A DNA stretch of 56,838 bases, taken from NCBI GenBank assembly GCA_036163455.1, contig JAYZKL010000036.1, positions 1 to 56,838 on the forward strand, given 5' to 3'. The notes beneath the pieces were generated by a model that worked only from the letters and a program-made list of their open reading frames with translations, was not told the DNA's origin and did not search any database. Within the stretch, counting starts at the first letter, position 1, and every line of letters begins with the position of its first letter. Origin of the DNA: Pseudomonadota bacterium (lineage in GTDB: Bacteria > Pseudomonadota > Gammaproteobacteria > GCA-002705445 > GCA-002716945). The translations under genes were made by a program, and so were the position numbers. This document shows, piece by piece, positions 20,261 through 30,915 of this stretch.

Positions 20261-22171
20261 ATGGGCGATCTTTTAAAAAATTTAGCGGTGTGGACAATTA
20301 TAGCAGTGATTATAATGTCGCTGTTCTCAGGTATTGGTGTTCGTAATTCATCGATAAGTGAATTTAATTATACAGAATTTAATGGTTTGGTTGAAAAAGG
20401 GCAAGTTTCTGAAGTTACTATTTCTGGAAGAGAAATAGAGGGAAGACTAACATCTGGTGAATCTTTTAAAACTTATAGCCCAGAGACCGATAATTCAGCT
20501 TTGGTCGGTGATTTATTAAAAAATAATGTTAAGATAAATGGAAAACCGCCTGAAAAACAATCTTTCTTAGCTCAAATCTTTTTACATTGGTTTCCATTTT
20601 TGCTCTTAATTGGAGTTTGGATATTTTTTATGAGACAGATGCAAGGTGGTGGTGGAACCAGAGGCGCGATGTCTTTTGGTAAAAGTAAAGCAAAAATGCA
20701 GACTGAGGACCAGGTTAAAGTTACATTCAACGATGTAGCTGGTGTGGAGGAAGCTAAAGAAGAAGTAAAAGAATTAGTAGATTTTTTAAAGGACCCAGCA
20801 AAGTTTCAAAACCTTGGTGGAAAAATTCCAACAGGCGTTTTAATGGTAGGTTCTCCTGGGACAGGAAAAACTTTGCTTGCAAGAGCTATTGCTGGTGAAG
20901 CAAAAGTTCCATTTTTCACAATATCAGGTTCAGACTTTGTAGAAATGTTTGTAGGTGTTGGTGCTTCACGTGTCAGAGACATGTTTGAACAAGCAAAAAA
21001 ACATGCACCTTGTATTATATTCATTGATGAGATTGATGCTGTAGGACGTCATAGAGGAGCAGGATTAGGTGGCGGACATGATGAGCGCGAACAAACACTA
21101 AACCAACTATTAGTTGAAATGGATGGTTTTGAAGGTAATGAAGCCGTTATTGTTGTTGCAGCAACGAATAGACCGGATGTTCTTGATCCAGCTTTATTAC
21201 GTCCAGGTAGATTTGATAGGCAAGTTGTTGTACCGCTTCCAGATATTCGTGGCAGAGAACAAATTTTAAAAGTCCATGTTAGGAAAATACCAATTGCTAA
21301 TGATGTTAAACCTAAAATTATTGCGAGAGGAACACCGGGTTTTTCAGGAGCTGATCTTGCAAATTTAGCTAATGAAGCGGCATTATTTGCTGCTAGAGCA
21401 AACAAAAAAGTTGTTGATATGGAAGACTTTGAAAAAGCTAAAGATAAAATTATGATGGGCGGCGAAAGAAGATCAATGGTGATGAATGATGATGAGAAAA
21501 AACTTACCGCATATCATGAAGCCGGCCATGCTATAGTTGGGAAACTAGTTCCTAGTCATGACCCAGTTTATAAGGTTAGCATTATACCTAGAGGAAGAGC
21601 ACTTGGGGTAACAATGTTTTTACCCGAAGAAGATAGATATAGTAATAGTCGTGAAAGAATAAAGAGTATGATAGCTGCTTTATTTGGAGGAAGGGTTGCC
21701 GAAGAACAGATTTTTGGATTGGATGCTGTAACAACTGGTGCGTCTAATGATATTGAAAGGGCTACAGATTTAGCAAGAAACATGGTTACTAAGTGGGGTT
21801 TATCTGAAAAAATGGGCCCGCTTGCATACAACGAAGAACAAAATGAAGTTTTCTTAGGTAAATCAGTTTCTCAACATAAAAATGTTTCTGATGAAACAGC
21901 ACATGCAATAGATTCTGAAATAAAAAGAATTATTGATACTGAATATAAGCGTGCTACTAAACTTATTAAAGATAATATTAAGAAGATGCATACAATGGCA
22001 GAAGCGCTTATTAAGTATGAAACAATAGATTCCAAACAAATTGAAGATATCATGGCTGGAAAAAAACCAGGAGCTCCTGAAGGCTGGTCGGATGATGATA
22101 CATCTGGGGAAAGTGGTGCAACTCCAGGGACTAGAGGAAAAGGAGATGCTGCGCCAAACCCTGTTTCTTAA
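20261..22171 (+). CDS. ftsH: ATP-dependent zinc metalloprotease FtsH
   Basis: Two TMs; GSPGTGKT Walker A, IIFIDEID Walker B, RPGRFDR, HEAGH. Confidence 0.99.
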   Translation: MGDLLKNLAVWTIIAVIIMSLFSGIGVRNSSISEFNYTEFNGLVEKGQVSEVTISGREIEGRLTSGESFKTYSPETDNSALVGDLLKNNVKINGKPPEKQSFLAQIFLHWFPFLLLIGVWIFFMRQMQGGGGTRGAMSFGKSKAKMQTEDQVKVTFNDVAGVEEAKEEVKELVDFLKDPAKFQNLGGKIPTGVLMVGSPGTGKTLLARAIAGEAKVPFFTISGSDFVEMFVGVGASRVRDMFEQAKKHAPCIIFIDEIDAVGRHRGAGLGGGHDEREQTLNQLLVEMDGFEGNEAVIVVAATNRPDVLDPALLRPGRFDRQVVVPLPDIRGREQILKVHVRKIPIANDVKPKIIARGTPGFSGADLANLANEAALFAARANKKVVDMEDFEKAKDKIMMGGERRSMVMNDDEKKLTAYHEAGHAIVGKLVPSHDPVYKVSIIPRGRALGVTMFLPEEDRYSNSRERIKSMIAALFGGRVAEEQIFGLDAVTTGASNDIERATDLARNMVTKWGLSEKMGPLAYNEEQNEVFLGKSVSQHKNVSDETAHAIDSEIKRIIDTEYKRATKLIKDNIKKMHTMAEALIKYETIDSKQIEDIMAGKKPGAPEGWSDDDTSGESGATPGTRGKGDAAPNPVS

Positions 22172-22199
22172 AAACTAATAAAGTTTAACTCTACATATA

Positions 22200-22229
22200 T
22201 AGACATTGTATGCTGTTGGCTTTTATACT
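22200..22229 (+). promoter_or_regulatory. sigma70-type promoter for folP (leaderless geometry)
   Basis: TAGACA-N18-TATACT, then 6 nt to ATG 22236. Confidence 0.5.
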
Positions 22230-22235
22230 TCAGTG

Positions 22236-23057
22236 ATGAGTTTAGAATTAAACGCAAATCAAAAACCTCTTGTAATGGGCATTCTAAATATTACACCTGA
22301 TTCTTTTTCTGATGGTGGTAAATATATACAAACTAATCAAGCTTTAGATCATGCTTTAAGAATGATTGAAGATGGGGTAGACATTATAGATATTGGTGGC
22401 GAGTCATCTAGACCAGGTTCAAAAGGTGTTTCATCTCAAGAAGAGATTGATAGAGTAATACCAGTCATTGAGAAAATAAGAAGTGATTCGAATATACCAA
22501 TTTCAGTTGACACAACAAAACCCAGCGTCATGTCAGAAGCGGTAAAATTTGATATTCAAATTATAAATGACATATCTTCTCTCAAGGATGAAGATGCATT
22601 TTCAGTTTTGAAAAATAATAATATCTATATATGCCTTATGCATATGAAAGGAACTCCAAAAAACATGCAAGACAATCCTAAATATGACGATGTTGTTGAA
22701 GAAGTCAAAGGTTTTTTGGAAGAGAAAATCAACCTTTGTGTTAAGAGAGGTATTTTAAAAGAAAGGTTAATCATTGATCCTGGTTTTGGATTTGGTAAAA
22801 CTCTTGATCATAATTATTTATTACTTAAAAATTTACAAAAGATTAAAAATTTACATAATAACTTGTTAGTGGGTATTTCAAGAAAAAGTATGATTGGAAA
22901 TTTACTTAATAAAGATCCTAAACAAAGATTACATGGTTCCTTAGCTGCTACCTTACTATCAATTTATAATGGTGCTAATATTATTAGGACACATGATGTT
23001 CGTGAAACTAAACTTTTATTAAATATAACTAAAGAAATCAGGAGTTTAAATTCATGA
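22236..23057 (+). CDS. folP: Dihydropteroate synthase
   Basis: MGILNITPDSFSDGG, GGESSRPG, DPGFGFGK, GISRKS, RTHDV motifs; start reassigned to ATG 22236. Confidence 0.96.
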   Translation: MSLELNANQKPLVMGILNITPDSFSDGGKYIQTNQALDHALRMIEDGVDIIDIGGESSRPGSKGVSSQEEIDRVIPVIEKIRSDSNIPISVDTTKPSVMSEAVKFDIQIINDISSLKDEDAFSVLKNNNIYICLMHMKGTPKNMQDNPKYDDVVEEVKGFLEEKINLCVKRGILKERLIIDPGFGFGKTLDHNYLLLKNLQKIKNLHNNLLVGISRKSMIGNLLNKDPKQRLHGSLAATLLSIYNGANIIRTHDVRETKLLLNITKEIRSLNS

Positions 23058-24463
23058 AATTGTTTGGAACAGATGGTATTAGAGGCAAGGTTGGTGAATC
23101 TCCAATCACAACAGTTGATATGAAAAAAATTGGCTTTGCTATTGCGAAAAGCATGCCGGGGGAAATAGTACATATTTCAAATGATGGAAGAGAATCATCT
23201 TACTTAATACAGCTGGGTTTGGAAGAGGGAATATTGAACTTCGAATTCAATGAAGTACAGCGTCATGGCTTACTATCTACGCCTGCACTTAGCTATTTTC
23301 TCAATAGAAGTCGTTCCAACGAATTGAAGTGTGGCATACAAATAACAGCATCACACAACCCTTATCAAGACAATGGTATAAAAGTTTTTGATAATAATGG
23401 TTTAAAAATAACAGAAGAACAGGAGAGTAGGATTGAGTATATTTATAATAATTGTAATAATCGTTATGGTAATAAGAATTTTTTCGAAGATTTCCGTGCA
23501 GAGTTTACAAAAAAACCCAGATCTAATAACACTTCTAGTGATCTATATGTTCAGGCTGCAAGAAACTATTTAAGAGATAAAATACAAAATAAAAATAATG
23601 CGAAGATGTTAATAATGATTGACTGTGCTAATGGAGCTACATCAGAACATGTTGCAGAAATTTTTAATGGAACAGATGCAGACAACATAATTGATGTTAT
23701 ATCTATACATGATCAACCAGATGGGAAAAATATAAATGAAAAGTGCGGGGCGACACATATAGAGACATTAATAAAAGAAATAGCATCACATAATAAAGTT
23801 AATGAAACAAAGATTGATTTAGGTGTTGCATTTGACGGTGATGGAGATAGAGCAATATTTGTAACTACAAATGGAGATGTTGTTGATGGAGATGAGATTT
23901 TATATATATTTAGTAAATTTAGAAAAAAATATAAAAATTATGAAGGACCGGTTGTTGGAACATTGATGACAAACTATGGAATACAGTCGGCATATGAAGC
24001 GCTAGGCATTAACTTTCATGCAACAAATATCGGTGATAAATTTGTTTATAATAAAATGGAAGAAATAAATGCAGAAATCGGTGGTGAATCTTCTGGCCAT
24101 ATTATTACAACTGATTTCATAGATATACCAATTGGTGATGGAATAATAACTTTAATTAACTTACTTGAAGTATTGTCAAAATCAAAAGAAAAAAACCTAA
24201 ATGATTTAAAAAAAATAACTTCAAAACATATAATTCCAAGCAAATTAATAAATATACCAGTATCAGATAAAGATAAATTTATGAAGGATATGATAAATCA
24301 GAAAGTTTTTTCAGAGTTAGAACGCAAAGTAATTAATTCTGGAAGAGTTTTAATCAGAGCATCTGGAACTGAAAATCTTATAAGACTACTAATTGAACAT
24401 CAGGATTTAAATGAAATAAATAAGTTAGAAAAGTATTTCTGTGATAACATACAAAAAACATAA
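23054..24463 (+). CDS. glmM: Phosphoglucosamine mutase
   Basis: FGTDGIRG, TASHNP, FDGDGDR, GGESSGH, RASGTE motifs; folP-glmM-tpiA synteny. Confidence 0.9.
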   Translation: MKLFGTDGIRGKVGESPITTVDMKKIGFAIAKSMPGEIVHISNDGRESSYLIQLGLEEGILNFEFNEVQRHGLLSTPALSYFLNRSRSNELKCGIQITASHNPYQDNGIKVFDNNGLKITEEQESRIEYIYNNCNNRYGNKNFFEDFRAEFTKKPRSNNTSSDLYVQAARNYLRDKIQNKNNAKMLIMIDCANGATSEHVAEIFNGTDADNIIDVISIHDQPDGKNINEKCGATHIETLIKEIASHNKVNETKIDLGVAFDGDGDRAIFVTTNGDVVDGDEILYIFSKFRKKYKNYEGPVVGTLMTNYGIQSAYEALGINFHATNIGDKFVYNKMEEINAEIGGESSGHIITTDFIDIPIGDGIITLINLLEVLSKSKEKNLNDLKKITSKHIIPSKLINIPVSDKDKFMKDMINQKVFSELERKVINSGRVLIRASGTENLIRLLIEHQDLNEINKLEKYFCDNIQKT

Positions 24464-24472
24464 CTATCTAGA

Positions 24473-25237
24473 ATGAAAAATTATTTAATAGCAGCTAATT
24501 GGAAACAAAATGGAAATTTAAAATCTCTTTCTCATTTGACTAGAAATATAATAGCTCTTTCGAGCAAAAGAAAAATTAGGCATAAAATAATATTATTTCC
24601 GCCAGCGATTTATTTATTCAATATTGATTCTTTAATTAAAAACAAAAAAAATATCCTTTTAGGAGTTCAAAATATATCACCCTATAATGATGGAGCTTTT
24701 ACTGGTGAAGTTTCATCAAAGATGGCAAAGGATAGTGGTTGTAATTATGTTATTATTGGCCACTCTGAAAGACGCCATATTTTTGGAGAAAGTGATTTAG
24801 AAATACAATCTAAAGTTTCAGCTTCCAATGATATGAAAATGAATATTATACTTTGTGTAGGTGAAACAGCTTCAGAAAGAAGGAAAAAAATGACTAAAAA
24901 AGTAATCACCAAACAATTAAGAACAGCTTTATTTCCACTAAGAAATAAGTTGAGAAAAAGTCTACAAAAACTTGTTATAGCTTATGAGCCAGTTTGGGCA
25001 ATAGGTACTGGGAAAAATGCAACAACAGAGCAAATAAGTGATATTCATAATTACATAGCTAAGTCTTTATCGAATATCTTTGGAAGAAATTCTTTGAAAA
25101 TAAAAATCTTATATGGAGGAAGTGTAAATACTGCAAATGCTAAAACAATTTTAGAGCTTGATAGCGTAGATGGTGCATTAGTTGGTGGCGCATCGTTGCA
25201 AGCAAAAAAATTTATTGAAATTTGTTCATCAATTTGA
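24473..25237 (+). CDS. tpiA: Triosephosphate isomerase
   Basis: [32 protein letters not shown] motifs. Confidence 0.97.
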   Translation: MKNYLIAANWKQNGNLKSLSHLTRNIIALSSKRKIRHKIILFPPAIYLFNIDSLIKNKKNILLGVQNISPYNDGAFTGEVSSKMAKDSGCNYVIIGHSERRHIFGESDLEIQSKVSASNDMKMNIILCVGETASERRKKMTKKVITKQLRTALFPLRNKLRKSLQKLVIAYEPVWAIGTGKNATTEQISDIHNYIAKSLSNIFGRNSLKIKILYGGSVNTANAKTILELDSVDGALVGGASLQAKKFIEICSSI

Positions 25238-25250
25238 GATAACTAACATC

Positions 25251-25574
25251 ATGCAAACAATTATTTTAACCATACATATTATTCTTTCGATTGCTTTAAT
25301 AGTTTTAATACTAGTTCAGCATGGGAAAGGTGCAGATGCTGGAGCTGCATTTGGTAGTGGCGCTTCATCAACTGTCTTTGGTGCAAGGGGAAGTGCAACA
25401 TTTTTAACAAAACTTACAACCATAATAGCATTAACTTTTTTTGTCACTAGCCTTTCATTAGCATATTTTGCAAGCGTTAAAAGAACAGATGAAAAAGGAT
25501 TAATAGAAAAAGAAATTGTAACTGAACCTCAACAGATCAAACCTAAATCAGATGAACTCAAAGATCTTCCATAA
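25251..25574 (+). CDS. secG: Preprotein translocase subunit SecG
   Basis: [22 protein letters not shown] between two TMs; start reassigned to ATG 25251. Confidence 0.96.
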   Translation: MQTIILTIHIILSIALIVLILVQHGKGADAGAAFGSGASSTVFGARGSATFLTKLTTIIALTFFVTSLSLAYFASVKRTDEKGLIEKEIVTEPQQIKPKSDELKDLP

Positions 25575-25578
25575 TTTC

Positions 25579-25661
25579 GCCGATGTGGTGGAACCTGGTA
25601 GACACGCTGTCTTGAGGGGGCAGTGACGCAAGTCGTGCCGGTTCGAGTCCGGCCATCGGCA
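25579..25661 (+). tRNA. tRNA-Leu(GAG), 3' CCA not encoded
   Basis: GCCGATG/CATCGGC acceptor stem, CTGTC-TTGAGGG-GGCAG anticodon arm, long variable arm, GTTCGAGTCC T-arm; conserved position after secG. Confidence 0.95.
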
Positions 25662-25663
25662 AT

Positions 25664-26245
25664 TTATGGAACAATCCAATTTCCTTTGAAAGAATTTTCT
25701 TTGTTAAATAATACACGTCTATGACCTGAGCTAGATAAGTATAACCATTCTATTTTATTAATAGTTACATTTACAAATGAAAAATTTTTACTAATCTCAG
25801 TTGTTTCTTTCAAAGAAATATCTTCAGGATCTTTGATTAATGTGCCTGGTTCTTTATTATAAAGATAACAATCACGTGAATCTTGGCTCATCCTCATCCA
25901 AATTTCTTGACAAACTTTATCTGAATTATAAATTTTTGCATCCCCTGAGATTCTTATTTGTATTTTCTCAGCTTCACTATAAAATAAACACTCAACATTA
26001 GAATTATGTTTAATTTCTTTAATTTTTTTTGACAAGTTATTAGTATGAAAAGAAATAGTTAAATTATTTTTATCGCATTCTCTTAAAACAACTGTTCTTG
26101 CAGAAACAGAGCCATTGCATATGGTTGCAAGTGTAAAAGTATGAAATCCAGAATTTCTATTATTCATTCCGTCGATTAGTTTTTCCCAAATAATTTCGTA
26201 AATTTGACTAATATCATTGTAGTGTTTAGGGTTTTTTATTGACAT
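25664..26245 (-). CDS. Pyridoxamine 5'-phosphate oxidase-like FMN-binding protein
   Basis: TLATI...ARTVVLR, QIRISG, EWLYL..GHRR and WIVP terminus typical of split-barrel PNPOx-like proteins. Confidence 0.78.
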   Translation of the reverse strand: MSIKNPKHYNDISQIYEIIWEKLIDGMNNRNSGFHTFTLATICNGSVSARTVVLRECDKNNLTISFHTNNLSKKIKEIKHNSNVECLFYSEAEKIQIRISGDAKIYNSDKVCQEIWMRMSQDSRDCYLYNKEPGTLIKDPEDISLKETTEISKNFSFVNVTINKIEWLYLSSSGHRRVLFNKENSFKGNWIVP

Positions 26246-26397
26246 TTTTTTACAAAATTTATTTAGTTATATATTATTTAAATATTTTTTAAAAGGGAAT
26301 CAAAAAAATGCATATAAAATGCCTTAAGCTAGATATTACATTGCCAGCATATAGTATGTATCAGTTTATTAGGCTATAATTCAAACAGGAGAAATAT

Positions 26398-26754
26398 ATG
26401 CTTTTTGAGTATTTACCAATATTAATCTTCCTATTTTTTGCTATAATCTTCGCCTCATTAATGTTGGCGGTTGGGTTTACTTTTGGCACAAGTAAGCCTG
26501 ATAAAGAAAAAAACTCTCCATATGAGTGTGGTTTTGAAGCTTTTGAAGATTCAAGAATGAAGTTTGATGTAAGATATTATTTAGTAGCGATTCTATTTAT
26601 TATTTTTGATCTTGAAATAGCATTTCTCTTCCCTTGGGCCATTGTTCTTGATGAGATTGGGACAACTGGGTTAGTTGCAATGGGAATCTTCCTTTTAATT
26701 TTAATAGTTGGCTTTATTTATGAATGGAAAAAAGGTGCACTAGAATGGGATTAG
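26398..26754 (+). CDS. nuoA: NADH-quinone oxidoreductase subunit A
   Basis: PYECGF and [11 protein letters not shown] motifs; AGGAG SD and TATAAT at 26375-26380. Confidence 0.98.
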   Translation: MLFEYLPILIFLFFAIIFASLMLAVGFTFGTSKPDKEKNSPYECGFEAFEDSRMKFDVRYYLVAILFIIFDLEIAFLFPWAIVLDEIGTTGLVAMGIFLLILIVGFIYEWKKGALEWD

Positions 26755-27236
26755 AGAATATTAAGAGAGAAGGGTTTGTTTTAGCTGATTCTAGTAGTTT
26801 ATTTGACTGGGCTAGAACAGGTTCGCTTTGGCCAATGACTTTTGGCTTAGCTTGTTGTGCGGTTGAGATGATGCATGCAGGTGCTTCACGATATGATTTA
26901 GATCGATTTGGAATGTTGTTTAGGCCAAGCCCAAGACAATCAGATGTAATGATTGTTGCTGGAACATTAGTTAATAAGATGGCACCAGCGCTACGCAAAG
27001 TCTACGATCAAATGGCAGAACCAAGATGGGTCATCTCGATGGGTTCATGTGCAAATGGTGGAGGTTATTATCATTATTCTTATTCAGTTGTGAGAGGATG
27101 TGATCGAATAGTGCCGGTTGATATTTACGTACCTGGATGTCCTCCAACTGCAGAAGCATTACTCTACGGAATTCTGCAGTTACAAAATAAAATTAGAAGA
27201 AAAAATATAATACAAGCAGACTCAAAATTAAAATAA
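26745..27236 (+). CDS. nuoB: NADH-quinone oxidoreductase subunit B
   Basis: [23 protein letters not shown] motifs; start reassigned to ATG 26745. Confidence 0.98.
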   Translation: MGLENIKREGFVLADSSSLFDWARTGSLWPMTFGLACCAVEMMHAGASRYDLDRFGMLFRPSPRQSDVMIVAGTLVNKMAPALRKVYDQMAEPRWVISMGSCANGGGYYHYSYSVVRGCDRIVPVDIYVPGCPPTAEALLYGILQLQNKIRRKNIIQADSKLK

Positions 27237-27898
27237 TGTCAATGGAAGATAAAATAAAAAAATATCTAAGCTCAATTTCAGAGATTAAACTTGATTCCGA
27301 TGTAATCACATTGATTATAAATCAAGATAGTCTATTAACAATAATGAAAATACTTAAAGAAAATGAAGAATTAAACTTTCAACAATTAACTGATTTATGT
27401 GCAGTGGATTATAGTCAATTTAAAAATACAGAATGGAAAACAACCAATGCTACATCAACTGGTTACAGTAGAGGTGTTAAATCTGATACACATGGAAGAA
27501 TAAAATTTGGTGACAACATTCAGAAAGAAGATATTAATGATAGGTTTTGTATTATATATCATCTGCTATCTTTAACTAATAATTCAAGAATAAGGGTTAA
27601 AGTTTTTATAAAAGAAGAACCACCAATCATACCTTCTGTTACAAGTGTTTGGGATGCAGCAAATTGGTATGAAAGAGAAGCTTTTGATTTATTTGGAATA
27701 TTATTTGAAGGACATCCTGACCTGAGAAGAATACTTACAGATTATGGTTTTATTGGTTACCCATTTAGAAAAGACTTCCCATTAATTGGTAATACACAAG
27801 TTAGATATGATCCTGAACTTAAAAGAGTTATTTATGAACCAGTTGATATAGAGCCAAGAGTTTTAGTCCCTAAAGTTATTAGGAAAGATAGAGCATGA
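27236..27898 (+). CDS. nuoC: NADH-quinone oxidoreductase subunit C
   Basis: [32 protein letters not shown] motifs. Confidence 0.97.
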   Translation: MSMEDKIKKYLSSISEIKLDSDVITLIINQDSLLTIMKILKENEELNFQQLTDLCAVDYSQFKNTEWKTTNATSTGYSRGVKSDTHGRIKFGDNIQKEDINDRFCIIYHLLSLTNNSRIRVKVFIKEEPPIIPSVTSVWDAANWYEREAFDLFGILFEGHPDLRRILTDYGFIGYPFRKDFPLIGNTQVRYDPELKRVIYEPVDIEPRVLVPKVIRKDRA

Positions 27899-29148
27899 AA
27901 GAATTTAAAAACTTTACAATGAATTTTGGACCACAACACCCTGCAGCACATGGTGTTTTACGACTCATTCTACAAATGGAAGGAGAGGTTATTAGAAATG
28001 CGGACCCACATATTGGTTTATTACATCGAGCAACAGAAAAATTAGCTGAATCAAAACCTTACAATCAAACTATCGGTTATATGGATAGATTAGATTATGT
28101 CTCGATGATGTGCAATGAACATGCATATGTATTAGCTATTGAAAAACTATTAAAGATTGAAGTTCCAGAAAGAGCAAAATATATAAGAGTAATGTTTGAT
28201 GAAATAACAAGGATTTTAAATCATCTGCTTTGGTTGGGAGCACATGCGTTGGATATAGGGGCTATGTCAGTATTTCTGTATGCTTTTAGAGAAAGAGAAG
28301 ATTTGATGGATTGCTATGAGGCTGTTTCTGGCACTAGAATGCATGCCACATATTATCGCCCAGGCGGCGTAAACAATGATTTACCATCACAAATGCCTAA
28401 ATATGAGCATTCAGATATAAAGAACAAACAAGAGCTTGATGAAGCTAATAAAAATCGAGAAGGAAGTTTGTTGGATTTTTTAGAAGATTTCGTATCTAGA
28501 TTCCCAACTTGTATTGATGAGTATGAAAACTTATTAACTGAAAATAGGATTTGGAAGCAGAGAACAGTTGGGATTGGTACCGTTACTCCGGAAAGAGCAA
28601 TTGAGTTAGGTTTTTCTGGGCCTATGTTAAGGGGATCAGGAATAGCTTGGGATTTGAGAAAAAAAGAACCATATGAAGTATATAGCAAGCTCAATTTTGA
28701 TATCCCAATAGGAACTAATGGAGATTCATATGATAGGTATCTTGTACGTATTGAGGAGTTAAGACAATCCAACAATATTATCAAACAATGTATTTTATGG
28801 CTTAAAGAAAATACTGGAGCAGTGATGGTTAACGATGCAAAAGTAACTCCGCCAAATAGGAAAGATATGAAAAATGATATGGAGGCATTAATTCATCACT
28901 TCAAATTATTTACAGAAGGTTATTGTGTTCCAGAAGGTGAGACTTACTGTTCAGTTGAGGCACCAAAAGGAGAGTTTGGAGTCTTTTTAATTTCTGATGG
29001 TGCAAATAAACCCTACAGATTAAAAATTAGGGCTCCAGGTTTTGCCCACCTTGCTGCTCTTAATGAGATGTCTGTAGGACATATGCTTTCAGATGTTGTT
29101 ACGATTATTGGGACGCAAGATATTGTTTTTGGAGAGATAGATAGATGA
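27895..29148 (+). CDS. nuoD: NADH-quinone oxidoreductase subunit D
   Basis: [31 protein letters not shown] terminus. Confidence 0.98.
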   Translation: MKEFKNFTMNFGPQHPAAHGVLRLILQMEGEVIRNADPHIGLLHRATEKLAESKPYNQTIGYMDRLDYVSMMCNEHAYVLAIEKLLKIEVPERAKYIRVMFDEITRILNHLLWLGAHALDIGAMSVFLYAFREREDLMDCYEAVSGTRMHATYYRPGGVNNDLPSQMPKYEHSDIKNKQELDEANKNREGSLLDFLEDFVSRFPTCIDEYENLLTENRIWKQRTVGIGTVTPERAIELGFSGPMLRGSGIAWDLRKKEPYEVYSKLNFDIPIGTNGDSYDRYLVRIEELRQSNNIIKQCILWLKENTGAVMVNDAKVTPPNRKDMKNDMEALIHHFKLFTEGYCVPEGETYCSVEAPKGEFGVFLISDGANKPYRLKIRAPGFAHLAALNEMSVGHMLSDVVTIIGTQDIVFGEIDR

Positions 29149-29645
29149 CTTCAAATAAACAAACATATGTCATAGATGAGAAAACTTTAAATTTAATTGA
29201 TCAAATTAAGAAAAAGTTTCCAGTGAGAGAAAATAAATCTGCCATTATCGAAAGTTTGTTATTGTTACAGGATAATAATAATGGATATATAACTAAAGAA
29301 ATAATGAATGTACTTGCTAATTATTTAAATGTTGAAGAAATAGATGTCTATGAGGTTGCAACTTTCTATTCTATGTTGAATACAAAGCCTGTTGGTAGGA
29401 ATGTAATTGCGGTATGTACAAATGTTTCTTGTATGTTAAGAGGTTCAAAAAAAATATTAAATCACATAGAAAAAAAACTTCAAACAAAAGTTGGCGGATC
29501 CACTAAGGATAATAAGTTCTTTCTCAAAGATGAAATAGAATGTCTTGCTGCATGTAGCGAAGCTCCTATGATGCAAGTTAATCATAAAAATATAGAGAAT
29601 TTAACAATAGAAAAAGTTGATAAAATTTTGGAAGAACTATCATGA
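29145..29645 (+). CDS. nuoE: NADH-quinone oxidoreductase subunit E
   Basis: VATFYSM; CTNVSC and CLAAC 2Fe-2S ligands. Confidence 0.96.
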   Translation: MTSNKQTYVIDEKTLNLIDQIKKKFPVRENKSAIIESLLLLQDNNNGYITKEIMNVLANYLNVEEIDVYEVATFYSMLNTKPVGRNVIAVCTNVSCMLRGSKKILNHIEKKLQTKVGGSTKDNKFFLKDEIECLAACSEAPMMQVNHKNIENLTIEKVDKILEELS

Positions 29646-30913
29646 ACATGAGAATTTGTACAGAAACTTTCAATAAATCAAATTCCGCAAGTTTGTCAAC
29701 TTATATTGGATTAGATGGTTATAAGGCTTGGGAAAATATAGTAAAAAATAATATTCCTAGAACAGAAATAATTTCTAAAATTAAAGATTCAGGTCTCAGA
29801 GGAAAAGGAGGAGCGGGTTTCTCAACAGGTTTAAAATGGTCATTTATCCCTTCTGCTTCAAATCAACAAAAATATCTTGTCTGTAATTCTGATGAGAGTG
29901 AACCTGGTACATGTAAGGATAGAGATATTTTAAGATACAATCCTCATTCAGTTATTGAGGGCATGTTAATTGCTTCTTATGCTATTGGCGCATCAGTTGC
30001 ATATAATTATCTTAGAGGTGAATTCATAAAAGATCAGTGGAAAGTTTTTAATCAGGCCTTAAGTGATGCATATGAAAAGAACTTAGTTGGCAAGAATATA
30101 CTAGAGTCCAATATTAATATAGATATTCACAGTTTAATTGGTGCAGGAGCATATATAGTTGGTGAAGAAACTGCGATGCTTGAGTCTATAGAAGGAAAAA
30201 GAGGTATGCCAAGAGTTAAACCACCTTTTCCAGCAATAAAAGGATTATATGGAAAACCCACAATTATTAATAATACCGAAACTTTATCTACAGTACCTAA
30301 AATAATTTTGAATGGTTCAGATTGGTATAAAAACCTAGGTATAAATTCTGGGGAGGGGATTAAAATTTTTTCAATGAGTGGGCATATTAGTAGGCCGGGT
30401 AATTACGAGATTCCATTAGGAACGCCATTTAAAGACTTATTAGAAATGGCTGGTGGAGTTGCTAATTCAAAAAAACTTAAGGCAGTTATACCTGGCGGAT
30501 CTTCTGTTCCCGTTGTTGCGGCAGAGAAGATTCTAAATACCAACATGGATTATGAATCATTAAATAAAGCGGGTTCAATGCTTGGCTCTGGCGGAGTAAT
30601 AGTTATGGATGATAGTACTTGTATGGTTTCTGTTTTACAAACAATATCGCGGTTTTATTTTGCAGAGTCATGTGGTCAATGTACACCATGTAGAGAAGGA
30701 ACTGGATGGTTATATAAAATTCTATCCAATATAATTATCGGTAAAGGAACAACGAACGACCTTGTTCAACTAGAAAGAATAGCTGGAATGATTGAAGGTA
30801 ATTGTATTTGTGCACTTGGCGATGCAGCTGCATTACCGGTGAAAAGCTTTCTACAAAACTTTTGGTCTGAGTTTGAATATTTTGTAGAAAAAAAAGAATC
30901 AATGGTTTCTTAA
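29642..30913 (+). CDS. nuoF: NADH-quinone oxidoreductase subunit F
   Basis: GKGGAGF, DESEPGT, GEETA, ESCGQCTPCREG motifs. Confidence 0.98.
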   Translation: MNMRICTETFNKSNSASLSTYIGLDGYKAWENIVKNNIPRTEIISKIKDSGLRGKGGAGFSTGLKWSFIPSASNQQKYLVCNSDESEPGTCKDRDILRYNPHSVIEGMLIASYAIGASVAYNYLRGEFIKDQWKVFNQALSDAYEKNLVGKNILESNINIDIHSLIGAGAYIVGEETAMLESIEGKRGMPRVKPPFPAIKGLYGKPTIINNTETLSTVPKIILNGSDWYKNLGINSGEGIKIFSMSGHISRPGNYEIPLGTPFKDLLEMAGGVANSKKLKAVIPGGSSVPVVAAEKILNTNMDYESLNKAGSMLGSGGVIVMDDSTCMVSVLQTISRFYFAESCGQCTPCREGTGWLYKILSNIIIGKGTTNDLVQLERIAGMIEGNCICALGDAAALPVKSFLQNFWSEFEYFVEKKESMVS

Positions 30914-30915
30914 AT

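Noticed and set aside
26239-26244. Perfect TTGACA as a -35 for the nuo operon
   Set aside because: It is the reverse complement of the PNPOx-like gene's first codons and has no good -10 at 16-18 nt; TATAAT at 26375 is the better candidate
25579-26400. Integrative element or prophage at tRNA-Leu
   Set aside because: No integrase and no duplicated tRNA 3' end; only one small gene lies there. tRNA-fMet likewise shows no att repeat
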